Shown: positions 12,341 to 25,598 of the stretch, piece after piece | Layout of the letters: each line of letters starts with the position of its first letter | How positions within the stretch are numbered: position 1 is the first letter of the stretch | From: Octopus sinensis | Lineage: Eukaryota | Length of the DNA stretch: 64,000 nucleotides | Reading direction: 5' to 3' | Assembly (NCBI RefSeq): GCF_006345805.1 | Contig: NC_043003.1 | Location: 91,512,001 to 91,576,000 of the forward strand | Made by a program: the position numbers and the translations under genes | Notes under the pieces: generated by a model | The model's input: the letters and a program-made list of their open reading frames with translations, nothing else | Databases searched by the model: none | Told to the model about the DNA's origin: nothing

Positions 12341-12590
12341 TTACATCTATGATATAAAATCCATTCTGTTTGTCCGTCTGTGTGTCTTCTAGGATCTCGG
12401 GCATCCTCCATCCAATGGCACTCAAATTTGATATGTAGATACCGATGGTATCAGGGCATGTATAAGTCATGAAAAAATTACAAAAATCGATTCCAGGTGA
12501 GAATTCGATCGATAAAGCCCTAGGAACGTGCAATTGTACATGCAAGTACATCAGCTGTTGCGATGTACTTACTGGTACTTTAAACTCTTC
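12341..12590 (+). mobile_element. Possible non-autonomous Helitron-like 5' end
   Basis: A|TCTATGATATAAAA followed by CTGTTTGTCCGTCTGT microrepeat resembles Helitron/HINE 5' termini; no 3' hairpin-CTAG found. Confidence 0.3.
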
Positions 12591-14664
12591 GGTTGCATAT
12601 TTGTGTGAATAAAATCGTTTTTCTTTGGAATAGAAAAAAGTCTATATTTCTTCTTTTGCTGGTGTCTCAAATTTAGGTTAAATCAATGTTTCTCAAAGGA
12701 GAGGCCTATTGGATGGTCGGACAAGTTGCTTTGAGAAAATTTGGTTTAAATGTTTGACAACTCAGCACCTTCTATTGGATGTGGGGCGTTTTGCTCGTAC
12801 AACATAAAAACAAACATTAATATATATTCTTTTACACATTTCAGTCATTTGATACTGGAATACTGTTTTTAGTTGAAGAAATCGATCCCAGGACTTATTC
12901 TTTGTAAGCCTAGTACTTATTCTATTGGTCTCTTATGCCAGACCACTAAGTTTTGGGGACATAAACACACCAACATCAATTATCAAGCGACGGTGGGGAG
13001 ACAAACACAGATATAAAGACACAGCAAGAAGATATGTACCAATCCACCTGGAACAAAGTATGGTTGAACTTGGATTCTTGTGGAGAAAATGCAACTCCTT
13101 AATTTACACACTACAAATGATCATACTGTCTGGAACAATAAAAATCTGCAAGATCTTCATAAGATCTATAGGATGCTGAATAAAACAAGATAATTTCCTT
13201 CACAACTTTGTTACAAAGTAGATGGCTGGTCAACATTGAATCTAAATTAAAAAGAGAAAAAGAAAAAACATACACAGACACACAGACACACATACATATT
13301 AATTGATTAGGGGTTCATACTGGTGTGAATTGCAATTAAGTACAAAACTTACTCTATATTATCAGACAGAGTGGATTAACATTGATTCAAAGCTGGACCT
13401 ACATGAGTACTTGGATTTTCTTGTTACCATTCTTAAGGCAACACACACATACATATAAATATATATGTTACTGTGTGTGACTTCATTGAAAGTATATCTT
13501 TTAATCTCTCTACTCTGCTTAGCAACCTCTTACATTGTATGTTATATATATCAATGTATGCCTCTTGAAAGCTAAAGTCAATTTACAAATCCACTTAAGT
13601 TTCCAGTGAGCTACATGAGTGATTTATTTACTCTTCTAAACATGGTTAACAATTATGACTATTTTCATCCCTAAATGTGTTGGTGGTAACAGCAGCACAA
13701 GGCTGAGTGAGGGAAAAATTATGGAGAAGATATTGATTTCAAGTCCATGTTACAGCAAATTCTAATTTTTTGACTCATTCATTCATTTACTTCTTAAGCA
13801 AATGTGCTGACTGAATCTAGTTTTGGAAGGGTCTTGTGTGTGTGTGCGTGTGTGTGCATGCATGCACCTGTACATACACATGCATATGTATGTGCATCCA
13901 TGTGTGTGCTTGTGTCTGTTATGTGCATATGTATGCACATATGCACGTGTATCCACATGTGCACACACATGCACATGTGCATGCATCCATGTATGTGTGT
14001 GTGTGTTGAAAATATGGCTGTATTATAGTTTTTGTCTTTTTTATGAAATTAAAAAAATATTTTCGTAAGAGTTTCTTTCAGATTGTTTAGAACAATAAAG
14101 CCTCCAAATCCATCATTATTGTTTCTAAATTTTCACTGTCTCATCTTCATGATGCAGTGATGTTGTCATATGTTGCTGCTTCTTCAAAATAGGCAGGACC
14201 AATATAACTAGTAGATGTTATCATTGGAATTTGAATTTTGATCACTTGTTTATATATCATCAATCAGGTGTTTACTTTTTTGTTTGAGACTTTCTGGGTG
14301 TTTATCTAAACATTTGTTCTATGCTGTGTGTATAGCTCCCATCATTAATCATTTATTTTTGTGGGTGAACTATACAGAATATGGATATGTTGTCCACTAA
14401 TGTTTTCCTATCGAATTATTTTAGTGTTGTGGAGTGTAGTAGCTTGCAGTTGTTCATTGCTGAAAGGGAATAGTGGGCCAGTAAGAAGAGCTGTACTTGT
14501 ATGACCTGTATAATAACTCACCTACCTCTTCTAGCAGTGCTTCAAGAAGTTCATGCAGGCTTGTTCAGAGGAAAAGCGCTAACATCAAATCTTTCAGCTG
14601 TACCGCCCACCCCCCCACTTCCTATGCAACCTTTTTCATTATAGCTATTCAACAAAGAAAAACG

Positions 14665-14950
14665 ATGATGGTGATGGTGGTGATAGTGGTGATGGTAGTG
14701 ATGGTGATAGGGATGGGGATGATGATGATGGTGGTGGTGGTGGTGGTGATTGTGGTTGTGGTGGTGGTGGTGCAGTGGCGGCAGTGGCAATGGTGATGAT
14801 GGTGGTGGTGGTGGTGGCGGCGGCGGTGGTGGTGGTGGTGGTGGTTTTGTTGTTGTTGGTGGTGGTAGTGATGGTGGTGGTAGTGGTAGTGGTCGTGGTG
14901 CAGCAGCGGCGGTGGCAGTGGTGATGATGGTGATGATGGTGGTGGTGATT
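14665..14950. repeat. Compound (GGT/GAT/GGC)n repeat
   Basis: Directly visible triplet tract. Confidence 0.95.
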
Positions 14951-15159
14951 TCTTATATAGGTGCAGTGCCAGAAATCTTGCCAGGAAGGAACAATCAGTG
15001 GTATCGACTTGACTGGTACTTTTATTTTATCAGCCTACACTCACTCTTATCCACCTTTCAACAAATTTACTGAAGGGCAGCACCTCTCTCTCTTCACCCT
15101 CAACTTTGTCTCCTAGTGGTACTTAAAAAACCTGGTGGGAGCTTGGTAAGTATTTGTCC

Positions 15160-16239
15160 TCAGTCCTTCCAGTACATACAGACAGACTGTATGTACCAAA
15201 AAAAAGAGGAGGAAGAGGACTTATTGGATGTGAACACAGCATTAGAGCAGAAGAAAACAACATAGCATGGTATGTAAAAAATGCCACAGATCCCCTATTA
15301 TTAGTAGTAAGAAGGTCAGGCCTGTGTAGGATGAAAGATTGCAAAGATAAAGCACTGTACAAGCAATTGAAAACGAATGAAACTGAAAATAGGTGGTTAA
15401 AGACAAGAATGCATGGACAATTTCATAGGGATGCTGAAGATAAGACAGACAGAGAAAAAAGATGGCTGTGGATGACTAAAAGTGATTTAAAACTGGAAAC
15501 GGAGGCTCTAATCTGAGCTGCCCAAAAGCAAGCACTAAGAACAAGCTATATAAAATACAGAATAGACAACACAGCAGAAAGTGATAAGTGCAGAATCTGT
15601 GGACAAAACAGTGAAACCATATGACATATTACCAGCCAGTGTATGCCACAAGTCCACAAGGAATATAAGAGATGCCACGACAATATAGCTAGGCTTGTCC
15701 ATTGGACGCTTTACAACAAGTATGGACTTGACAGAGCAAAAAACTGGTACAACTACAAACCTGAAGGCATCATTGAAAATAGAAATGCAAAGATCCTATG
15801 GGATTTCATGAATCAGTGTGACCATGAGATTGAGAATAGGAAACCAGACATAGTCTTAATTGAGAAAGAAAATAAACTATGCTGGCTCATAGATATAGCA
15901 TGCCCAGCTGACAACAAGGTATGCGATAAGGAAGAAAGAAAAGTTGAGAGATATGACAGGTTAGCTTGGGAGGTTAAGCAGTTGTGCTCGATGAAAAAGT
16001 TAGCAGTAGTACCAATAATTGTTGGAACCCTGGGAACAGTGTGTGGAACAAATAGGGGCTGCAATAAGGGTGGAGCACTTGCAAAAAGTAGCACTGCTTG
16101 GAACCGCTCGAATACTCCGGAAGGTGCTCGAAAAACAAGAGGTGTTACCTTAGTTCACTGATAGTGAACAGTTGACACTGTAGTACATCTCTAGCATTAA
16201 AAGCTGTGCAAAGGCAATAATAACAACAATAATAATAAT
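15160..16239 (+). mobile_element. 5'-truncated R4/Dong-like non-LTR retrotransposon with restriction-like endonuclease, decayed
   Basis: DRLYVPKKRGGRGL, MHGQF, CCHC knuckle (CRICGQ..ETI*HITSQC), RKPDIV..IDIACPAD..K RLE motif; stops and frameshifts; (AAT)n tail. Confidence 0.88.
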
Positions 16240-16443
16240 CCTTTTAAAAATAGACACAAGTTCTGAAATTTTGGTAGGAGGCAGATAGTCTATTACATCC
16301 ACTCTGGTGCTAAACTGGTACTTAATTTATTGACCCCAATAAATTAAGATGAAAGACAAAGTCAACTTCAGTAGAATTTGAAATATTACAAAGCATCTTG
16401 TCTGGTATGCAAACAATTCTGCTAGATCACCAACTTAAAATTG

Positions 16444-16494
<51 letters not shown>

Positions 16495-17000
16495 GTTTCA
16501 AATTCTGCCACAAGGGCAGCCATTTTTGTAGGAGGGGATGAGTCAATTACATCGACCCTAGTGTTTCACTGGTGCTTAATTTAGCAACCCCAAAAGGATG
16601 AAAGGCAAAGTTGACCTCAGCAGAAATTGAACTCAGAACATAAAACTGGAAAAAATGCTGCCAAGTATTTTGTCTGGCATGCTAAGAATTCTGCCAGCTC
16701 ACTAGAACATAAAGACAGACGAAATGCCGCAAAGCATTTTGCCCGGCATGCTAATGATACTGCCAGCTCACTGTCTTAATAATAATCCTTTCTGCTAAAA
16801 GTAAAAGGCCTGAAATTTTGGGAGAGGGGACTAGTCAATTATATTGACCCCAATACTCAACTGGTACTTAATTTATTGACCCTGAAAGGATGAAAAGCAA
16901 AGCTGACCTCAGTGGAATTTGAACTCAGAATGTAGTGACTGACAAAATACCACTAAGCATTTTGCCCAGTGTGCTAACAATTTTGTCAGCTTGCCACCTT
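16240..17000 (-). mobile_element. Tandem tRNA-SINE copies separated by (AAT)n
   Basis: Copies at ~16240-16436, 16494-16703 (plus a head duplication to 16776) and 16787-17000; (AAT)n at 16445-16493, 16777-16786 and 17001-17018. Confidence 0.85.
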
Positions 17001-17019
17001 AATAATAATAATAATAATG

Positions 17020-18846
17020 ATAAATGTTGCCACATTCGTGGATTTTGGAAACACTTGACATGTATGAAATAGCTGAAAAATGTGTGTGCACTGATTAAGA
17101 ACAGCATGCCTAGTTGGAAAACATGTCTTTCCTGTAACAACCAGCACTTAGCTGAGGTAACAATCAAAATAGATATTTTCCGAGGAGACTCTTGTTCACC
17201 TCTGTTGATCCCACTTCCTGTAGTCCTACACAAAGTCAATGCATACTATGAGTTGAAAAAGAATGGACCTCATCTCAACCACCTTTTCTTCATGGATGAT
17301 TTAAACTGTTCATAAAAACAGAGTCTGAAATGGAGAGGCTGATTGAGATTGTGCAAATATGCAGCAAGGATATAGGAATGAAATTTGTTATCTTGAAGTG
17401 TGCGGTGCTTACTTTGAAGCAGGGGAAACGAGTAAATTGTAGGGGCATAGAATTGTGAAACGGAAAGAGAATGGAAGACCTGGATGATAATGGGAACAAG
17501 TATCTTGAGATCCTGGAGCTGGACAATATCTTGCATAAAGAAATGAAAGACAAGACCATCACTGCATATTTCAAGTGCCTTGAACTCTTGAAATCAAAAC
17601 TCAACTCAAGGGACCTTATGACTACCATCAACATATGGGTGGTTGCTGTAGTCCACTATAGTGCACCCATCCTGAAATGGACACAAGCGGTGATTAACCA
17701 ACTTGATTGCACTACCCGAAGGACAATGACAGTGTATGGTGCCCGCCACCCTAAGACAAATATAAACAGGCTCTACACGAAGAGGGGCAAAGGTGAACAT
17801 GAGCTGATTAGAGTACAGGAATGCATCAACATGGTAAGAAGAAACATGACAGAATATTTGGTAAACAGCAAACAAGACCTGCTACAATATGCTTCTAATG
17901 CAGAAGAATTTAACAAAAATGGACTTAAGAAAGCTCATGAATTTTGATCAAGAACAGCGAACAAGAGAGAAGAAACCTTACTCCACATAGAATTACACAG
18001 TCAGTTCCACCATGCAACCGACAAATTAAAAGACCAGGAAGCATCATGGAGGTGGCTTAATAAGAGTGACCTAATAAAGAATACTGAAAGCCTAATCATT
18101 GCTGCCCAGGACCAGGCAGTGAATACCAACTCAGTGAAAAAGAATATATACCATACAAGTGCAATGGCCCTCTACAGAATGTGTTGGAAGTGGGTCAAAA
18201 GTGTGATTCACATTGTTAGTGCTTCTGAAAATCTGTGCAGAAAGAGTACAAGCATAGACACAATAAGGTAGCCCAAAACTGGTTACGATGCCAGAAGTAT
18301 GGATATGAGGTTACAGGTGCTCAGTACCAATATACACTGGAAAGGGTAATGGATGAAAAGGGGAAGGCAAAAGTCCTCTGGGACTTTGACTTCCAGACAG
18401 ACAAGATATTAGAGCATCAAAGGCTGGATACAGTAACCTTTAAGAGGGATGAACAAGAGTGCCTAATAATTGATGTGGCAGTGCCGGGAGATCAACATAT
18501 CATGAAAGAAAGAAAAGAGGTTGGTAAATATGGAGACCTGAGAATTGAGATTGCCAAGATGTGGCAGCTATGAGAGTCAGACATAATGGTTATCCCTATT
18601 GACATTGGAGCATTGGGTTCAATACCACCCAATCTGAAAAAACACCAGAAAACTTTAGAAATACCCTACAATCTAGGTGTATTGAAAAAGTCGGCATTAC
18701 TTGGAACTGCACACATATTGCATAAAGTACTGTCTATCTGAGGTACTTGTTGTGACTTGACAAACAGTACAAACCCCTGGCAGACACAATATCTTCAATC
18801 AACAACCTCATGATATTGTATACTGTGTGACGTCTATAATAATAAT
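17020..18846 (+). mobile_element. Second, longer R4/Dong-like LINE (RT domain to RLE), decayed
   Basis: IFRGDSCSPLL, HLFFMDDL (RT catalytic), HPKTNINRLYTKRGKG, KVLWDFDFQTD, IIDVAVPGD; starts after (AAT)n and ends in (AAT)n; 3' UTR differs from copy 1. Confidence 0.88.
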
Positions 18847-18869
18847 GATGATGGTGGTGGTGGTGGTGG

Positions 18870-19455
18870 TGGTTTCAAATTTTGGCAGAAGGCCAGCAAG
18901 TTTGCAGATGAGGTAAGTTGAATACATCCATCCCAATGCTCAGCTGGTATTTATTTTATTGACACCAAAAGGATGAAAGGCAAAGCTGACCTCAGCGAAA
19001 TTTGAACTCAGAATGTGAAGACAGACAAAATGCCACTAAGCATTTTTTGCCCAGTGTCCTAACATTTCTGTATCACATTGCCTTAATGATAATGATAATA
19101 ATGATAATGGTTTCAAATTTTGGCTCAAGACCAGTCATTTCAGGGAAGGGATTCAGTTGACTAACATCAACCCAAGTATTCAGCTGGTACTTATTTTATC
19201 AATCTCTGAAAGGATGACAGGCAAAGTCACCCCCCAGTGACATTCAAAAAAGAAAAAAAAGGTCTGAAATTTGGTGGGAGGAGAGTAGTTGATTACATCG
19301 ACCCCAGTGTTTCACTGGTACTTAATTTATTGACCCTGAAAGAATGAAAGACAAAATCAACCTGAGCGGAATTTGAACTTAGAATGTAAAGACGAACAAA
19401 ATGCCACTAATCATTTTGTCCAGCATGCTAACGATTCTGCCAGCTCACCACCTTG
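18870..19455 (-). mobile_element. Three further tandem tRNA-SINE copies
   Basis: ~18870-19083, 19109-19245 (partial) and 19255-19455, spaced by AAT/GAT tracts. Confidence 0.8.
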
Positions 19456-19819
19456 GAATAATGATAATAATAATACTAATAACAACAACAACAATAATAA
19501 TAATATATAACAAATAAATAAATACAGTAAAAACTATGATGACAAAAATTAAAATGTTATGTCATTTAGAAATAAAAAACACACAATAAATGTCAGTTAA
19601 AGAAATTTTGCAGAAATATTAAAAAAAATATAATAAAAAAATGTGCTTTACTCACTACTTTGTTTCTTGATTTGGTCTCTTCTGTTAATTATATAATTGT
19701 CAACTAGCATAGAGCCTGTTGGCTTGCTATGGTCAGCTGGTGGCTATAGCAACCCTCTCCCCTCTACACCAATCTCAGCCTCTCTTTTTGGCTCTCTTCC
19801 ATTCTTTCACGTTCTTTTT

Positions 19820-19890
19820 CTGCTCTCTCTCTCTCTCCCTCTCCCCCTCTCTCTCTCTATATATATATATACACATATATATATATACAC

Positions 19891-19954
<64 letters not shown>

Positions 19955-20180
19955 TGTGTGTGTGTGTGCGTATTATATCATATTTTTTCTCTCTCTCTCT
20001 TCTCTTTTGTATCTATGCTTCACTCTTTCTGTCTCTCCTCTCTTTCTCTGTCTGCATGCATGCATGTATGTATGTGGGTGTATTTATATATGCATATGTG
20101 TGTGTGTGTGTGTGAGTATATGTATGTGTATGTATATATGTGTGTGTGAGCCTGTGTGTATATATATATATATATATATA
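19820..20180. repeat. Compound CT/TA/CA/TG microsatellite
   Basis: Directly visible. Confidence 0.95.
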
Positions 20181-20327
20181 GGATAAATATAATATAGATG
20201 CAACCCCGAAAAACTGGTTCACCAACCAGCCTCATTAGACTGTGGCTGGTGTAATAGAATAGGAGTTTTATTTGCATATTCAAAACGTTTCCCATAAACA
20301 AATTTAAAAGATATTTATGTATATATG

Positions 20328-20486
20328 CAGGGGAGGACCCAAGGACGAGGGGGCTGAGGGGCATGTGCCCCCTTCAAGAAAAGAAGTGTGCCCTTCTAAA
20401 TAATGTTATTATGCCCTTTTCTCCTGGAATTGTTTTCCCTTCTGACCTTGTGTCCTCTCTTCACAAAATTCCTGGGACCACACCTG
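20328..20486. mobile_element. Possible hAT-like MITE
   Basis: Imperfect TIRs CAGGGGAGGACCCAAGGA / CAGGTGTGGTCCCAGGA; no clean 8-bp TSD. Confidence 0.3.
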
Positions 20487-20537
20487 ATATGTATGCGTGT
20501 GTATATATATATGCATATATATATATATATATGTATA

Positions 20538-20698
<161 letters not shown>

Positions 20699-22635
20699 TG
20701 TGCCAGGGAAAAGTACTACTGATGCTATATTCCTGGTAAGGCAGCTGCAGGAGAAATACCTAGCCAAAGATAAGCCCCTGTACCTGGCTTTTGTTGACAT
20801 GGAGAAAGCCTTCGACAGGGTCCCCCGATCCCTTATCTGGTGGGCAATGAGGAAACTAGGGATAGATGAATGGTTAGTGAGAGCTGTGCGAGCCATGTAC
20901 AGGGACGCCGCTAGTAGGGTGAGGGTTGGAAAGGTGTACAGTGAAGAATTCCGGGTAGAGGTAGGAGTCCACCAAGGCTCAGTACTCAGCCCCCTCCTAT
21001 TTATCATAGTCCTCCAGGCAATAACGGAGGAATTCAAGACAGGATGCCCTTGGGAGCTCCTCTATGCTGATGACCTTGCTCTAATTGCTGAGTCGCTATC
21101 AGAACTGGAGGAGAAGTTTCAGGTGTGGAAACAAGAATTAGAATCGAAGGGCCTCAGAGTCAATCTAGCTAAAACCAAAGTCGTAATCAGTAGGAAGGTA
21201 GACAAATCACAAACACCTTCAGGTAGATGGCCCTGCTCGATCTGTAGAAAAGGTGTAGGTAGAAACTCTATAAGATGCACCAAGTGTAAGCTATGGACAC
21301 ATAAGAGATGCAGCAATGTCAAAGGAAGGCTAACTAGGAAGATGGTTTTTGTATGTGGCAGATGCTCAGGAACAATAAACACTGAAAATGCTCTGAGACC
21401 AACTTCCGTCACTTTCCAGGGAGAAAAACTAGAAATAGTTGATAGTTTCCGTTACCTAGGTGACCAAGTCAGCAGCGGGGGCGGGTGTGCTGAAAGTGTA
21501 ACTGCTAGAGTAAGAATAGCTTGGGCAAAGTTCAGAGAGCTCTTACCTCTACTGGTGACAAAAGGCCTCTCGCACAGAGTGAAAGGCAGACTGTATGATG
21601 CGTGTGTACGAACAGCCATGCTACATGGCAGTGAAACATGGGCCGTGACTGCTGAGGATATGCGTAAGCTCGCTAGAAATGAAGCCAGTATGCTCCGATG
21701 GATGTGTAATGCCGGTACTCACACTCGGCAGAGTGTAAGTACCTTGAGAGAAAAGCTGGACCTAAGAAGCATCAGTTGTGGTGTGCAAGAGAGACGTTTG
21801 CGCTGGTATGGTCATGTGGCGAGAATGGATGAAGATAGTTGTGTGAAAAAGTGCCACACCCTAGCGGTTGAGGGAACCTGTGGAAGAGGCAGACCCAGGA
21901 AAACCTGGGACGAGGTGGTGAAGCACGACCTTCGAACTTTAGGTCTCACTGAGGAAATGACTAGAGACCGAGACCTCTGGAAGTGTGCTGTGCGCGAGAA
22001 GACCCGGCAGGACAAGTGAGTCCATAACCCGTGGCCTTCTACATGGGATGGAGCCAGCCTACGTATGCATACCTTCCCTTCTTGGGACACAAAACTCTAC
22101 TTGTGAAGACGTGATGAGGCAAGTGAGGATCAGAATCGAAATCGATCAATGGAAATTGCGGATGTGCTACCAGTGCCGGTGGCATGTCAAAACTCTGCTT
22201 GTGAAGACCTGTTGAGGCAAGTGACGATCAGAATCGAATCGATCAATGGAAATCGATCAATGGAAATTGCAGATGTGTTACCAGTGCCAGTGGCATGTAA
22301 GAGAACTTTCCGTTTCGCGACCGTTGCCAGCACCGCCCCGTTTCGTGTCCGTTGCCAGCCTCGCCTGGCCCTCGTGCCGGTGGCACATAAAAAGCACCAT
22401 CCGTTCGTGGCCGTTTGCCAGCTCTGTCTGGCACCAGTGCGGGTGGCACGTAAAAAGCACCCACTACACTCACGGAGTGGTTGGCGTTAGGAAGGGCATC
22501 CAGCCGTAGAAACACTGCCAGATTTGACTGGGCCTGATGAAGCCTTCTGGCTTCACAGACCCCAGTAGAACCGTCCAACCCATGCTAGCATGGAAAACGG
22601 ACGCTAAACGATGATGATGATGATGATGATGATGT
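20699..22635 (+). mobile_element. Young 5'-truncated RTE-like LINE: uninterrupted 439-codon RT ORF, 3' UTR and (GAT)n tail, inserted in (TA)n
   Basis: ORF 20700-22019 with [28 protein letters not shown] and RGRPRKTW; no endonuclease (truncated); (TA)n on both flanks. Confidence 0.93.
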
Positions 22636-22642
22636 ATATATG

Positions 22643-22707
<65 letters not shown>

Positions 22708-22808
22708 TGTATGTGTGTGTGTATATATAAACACATTTCTGTCTCCCTCATTATGTTATATGTCAGTTCTTTTTCATCTCTCTTTCTCTCTCCTTTTTAT
22801 ATCTAAAC

Positions 22809-22876
<68 letters not shown>

Positions 22877-23366
22877 TACATACATACCTACAACACAAGA
22901 TGCAATCCTTGGACCCAGCAGATCCTGTCAAACTGTCCTACCCATGACAGCCTGTAACAAACACTAAATGAGAGTAATGATGGTGATAATGATGATATCT
23001 CACACCACAATATTTACCTGCCTCAGTTTCCATGCTTAAGTCACTGGATCAGTCTTACTTATACTGTTGAATACAGAACATATTCACTGACTTGCAAAGA
23101 AAGCACGAAAGCAAACAACTTTAATCAACGGGGAACTAGTTTAGATAAAATATTTATGCTGCCTACCAATTAGGCTGTAAGATTATAAAATATAACTATA
23201 CAAAACTTTTTAATCCTCACATGTGGCTATACTTATTCAAATATAGACAGACAGATAAAACTTGACGTGAAGTGGTTTTTTCATGTGTGATTGTATGTTT
23301 GGTGGGAAAACAAGGGGCAAGAAACATAATCCCTAGTGACGTATTTGTCTATTTTGTCTGTTTGTT

Positions 23367-23417
<51 letters not shown>

Positions 23418-23849
23418 GTGCGTGTGTGTGTGTGTGCGAGAGAGAGAGTGTGTGTGTGTGTGTGTGTAGGCAAAAAAAATAAGTTCAAAAAAGAACAATT
23501 TAAACTTTTGAGAGATCCAAAAAGAGAGAAAGAATGATTTCTAATAACGATTCACCATCTTCATAAAAAACAGCCAGAGCAAGTAATAAGAATATGAAAA
23601 AAGTAGTTGAAAAATATCATTGTAGGTATAAACATACCATAAACAATTATAGAAAAATGGAGGAGAAAAAGATGTTGCATCAAAATTAGATTTAATACAA
23701 ATTAGGATTCAATACATACACGCGTTTCAAAGGACAATACACATATGTAAAAAAAAAATTATAATCATAGTAATTATAATTAAATTTATGCATTGTCATT
23801 CTCATCAGTGTGAAGAATTTTTGGAAGGAAATCAAAAAAGGTTTAATAA

Positions 23850-24648
23850 AATGATGGTATGGCAGCAGACAGAGCATGCAAATGTTGTGAGTAACCCTTT
23901 TCCAGATTGACAGGTGGCCCCTCTCTGCTATGGTCTTGATGATGCCTCTCCACAACCCCATTTCCACTTGGCTGGTATGCCAGCCTGAAGAAATGGCTAA
24001 CATGCCATTTGTTGAGCATTTCCTCCAGCACCCCCAAGCCCCCAAGTGAAACATAGTGCCATTGTCCACAAGCAGCTCATCCACAGGGCCTCGTTCTAGG
24101 AATATCTCATTTAATATTCTTGCAATTTCCTCCACGGTCCCCGTCTTAATCTCCCTCCATACGACCAACTGCCCGGTCCACAGTTGACCATCGAGAGGTA
24201 TGTCCCCTGCCAGTAGTGCATCACATCCACTGCCACTTGTTTCCAGTTGTGTTCCACTGGAATGCTTCCTGCCTCATGCACACCTGGAGTGAGGTCAATG
24301 GACTAGCACCTGTCACAGCTCCCAATTACTCTCTGTACACTCTACCTGGTCACATCAGAGTCAACTTACCTGGCTAGGAACAGGGTCCTGTCCACCCCCA
24401 TGTGATGCATGGTATGCAGTCTCCTCAGCTTTGGGTCACTCAGTCAACGCACCACAGCCACTCATTACTCCAGATCCTCTGGCACCTGCAACCAGGCTTA
24501 CTTTACTCTGGCCAGAAAATATGGTAGGTTATTATATTTAGTTGCTAACAGACTAGCAAGGTCGTCTGGGAAGGGTTAACTCAGTAATAAGTGCCTGTGT
24601 CCTTGCATATGTATGTTCAGAGAGCTGTTGAATTGTTGATCTTTGTGT
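23850..24648 (-). mobile_element. Internally deleted Gypsy-type LTR retrotransposon remnant (LTR-like segment joined to integrase)
   Basis: HHCC zinc motif (H..HHMGVDRT...CDRC), VAVDV, LVDNG and GNGVVERHH catalytic residues; stops and frameshifts. Confidence 0.8.
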
Positions 24649-25028
24649 TGTTAGGGCAACCTACCTAGTATTGTCAGAAGTTTGTAGCATTTAGCTTTCA
24701 ATTATTCAGTCCTTCTAGCTGTAAGAAGCTCACTGTTTTATGTAACAGGACATCATCATCATCATCACCATCCTCAACATCATCATTACCACCAAGATGA
24801 TCGTTCTAATACCCACTTTTCCAAGCTTGCCTGGGTCAGACAAAGTTTACTTAAAGCAGATTTTCTATAGCTGGATGCCCTTCTTCTCACCAACGCTAAG
24901 CTGCTTCCAAGCAAGATAATATTTTCCCATGACCAGACATGTTCTTACAGAATATTAGAAGTGAATGACACTCTCTGTATGAGAGTGATGTTCATTTACA
25001 ACTATCACACAATGTCAAGACATGCAGA

Positions 25029-25252
25029 TGTAAACTAAGAAGTGGGGCCACTGGAAGAACTATGGTGGGTATGCGGGGTCAGCAGGGCACAAGCAGTCAG
25101 TTGGCAGCAAACAGTATACACAAAGATCAACAATTCAACAGCTCTCAGAACATACATATGCAAGGACACAGGCACTTATTACTGAGTTAACCCTTCCCAG
25201 ATGACCTTGCTAGTCTGTTAGCAACTAAATATAATAACCTACCATATTTTCT
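25029..25252 (+). mobile_element. Probable LTR (TG...CA) of the same family, inverted relative to 24514-24648
   Basis: Begins TGTAAAC and reaches ...CTACCA; 25118-25252 is 133/135 identical to the reverse complement of 24514-24648. Confidence 0.6.
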
Positions 25253-25552
25253 TGTGTATCATTATCAGCATTTTCATCATCATCATCATCTTTGTTATTA
25301 GCATCATTATCTTGTCCACTTTTTCCATGCTTGCATAGGTCGGGTCAGATGGAATTAATTCATTAAGGCAGATTTTCTACAGGTGGATGCCCTACCTGTC
25401 ACCAACCCTCACCTGTTTCCAAGCAAGGTCATATTTCCCCATAACCAAATATGTTTTCGTAGGAGTCTGGACACCACTTATATGACAATGATGCTTGTTT
25501 ACAATTATTGCACATTGTCAAGGCAAGGAGACACACACACACACACACACAC

Positions 25553-25598
<46 letters not shown>

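Noticed and set aside
13111-13243. Strong minus-strand acceptor (ttttctctttttaatttag) followed by a 43-codon frame
   Set aside because: No recognisable protein and no partner exon; cannot be separated from chance.
14535-14582. Possible plus-strand terminal exon QCFKKFMQACSEEKR* after ctcacctacctcttctag
   Set aside because: Acceptor looks plausible, but I found no in-frame upstream exons in 1-14.5 kb and do not recognise the peptide; RNA-seq or tBLASTn would decide.
14497-15073. His-, Gly- and Val-rich ORFs
   Set aside because: Products of the (GGT/GAT)n repeat.
16240-19455. Repeat-spacer-like array suggesting CRISPR
   Set aside because: Units are ~200-bp tRNA-SINEs with microsatellite spacers in a eukaryotic genome; no cas genes.
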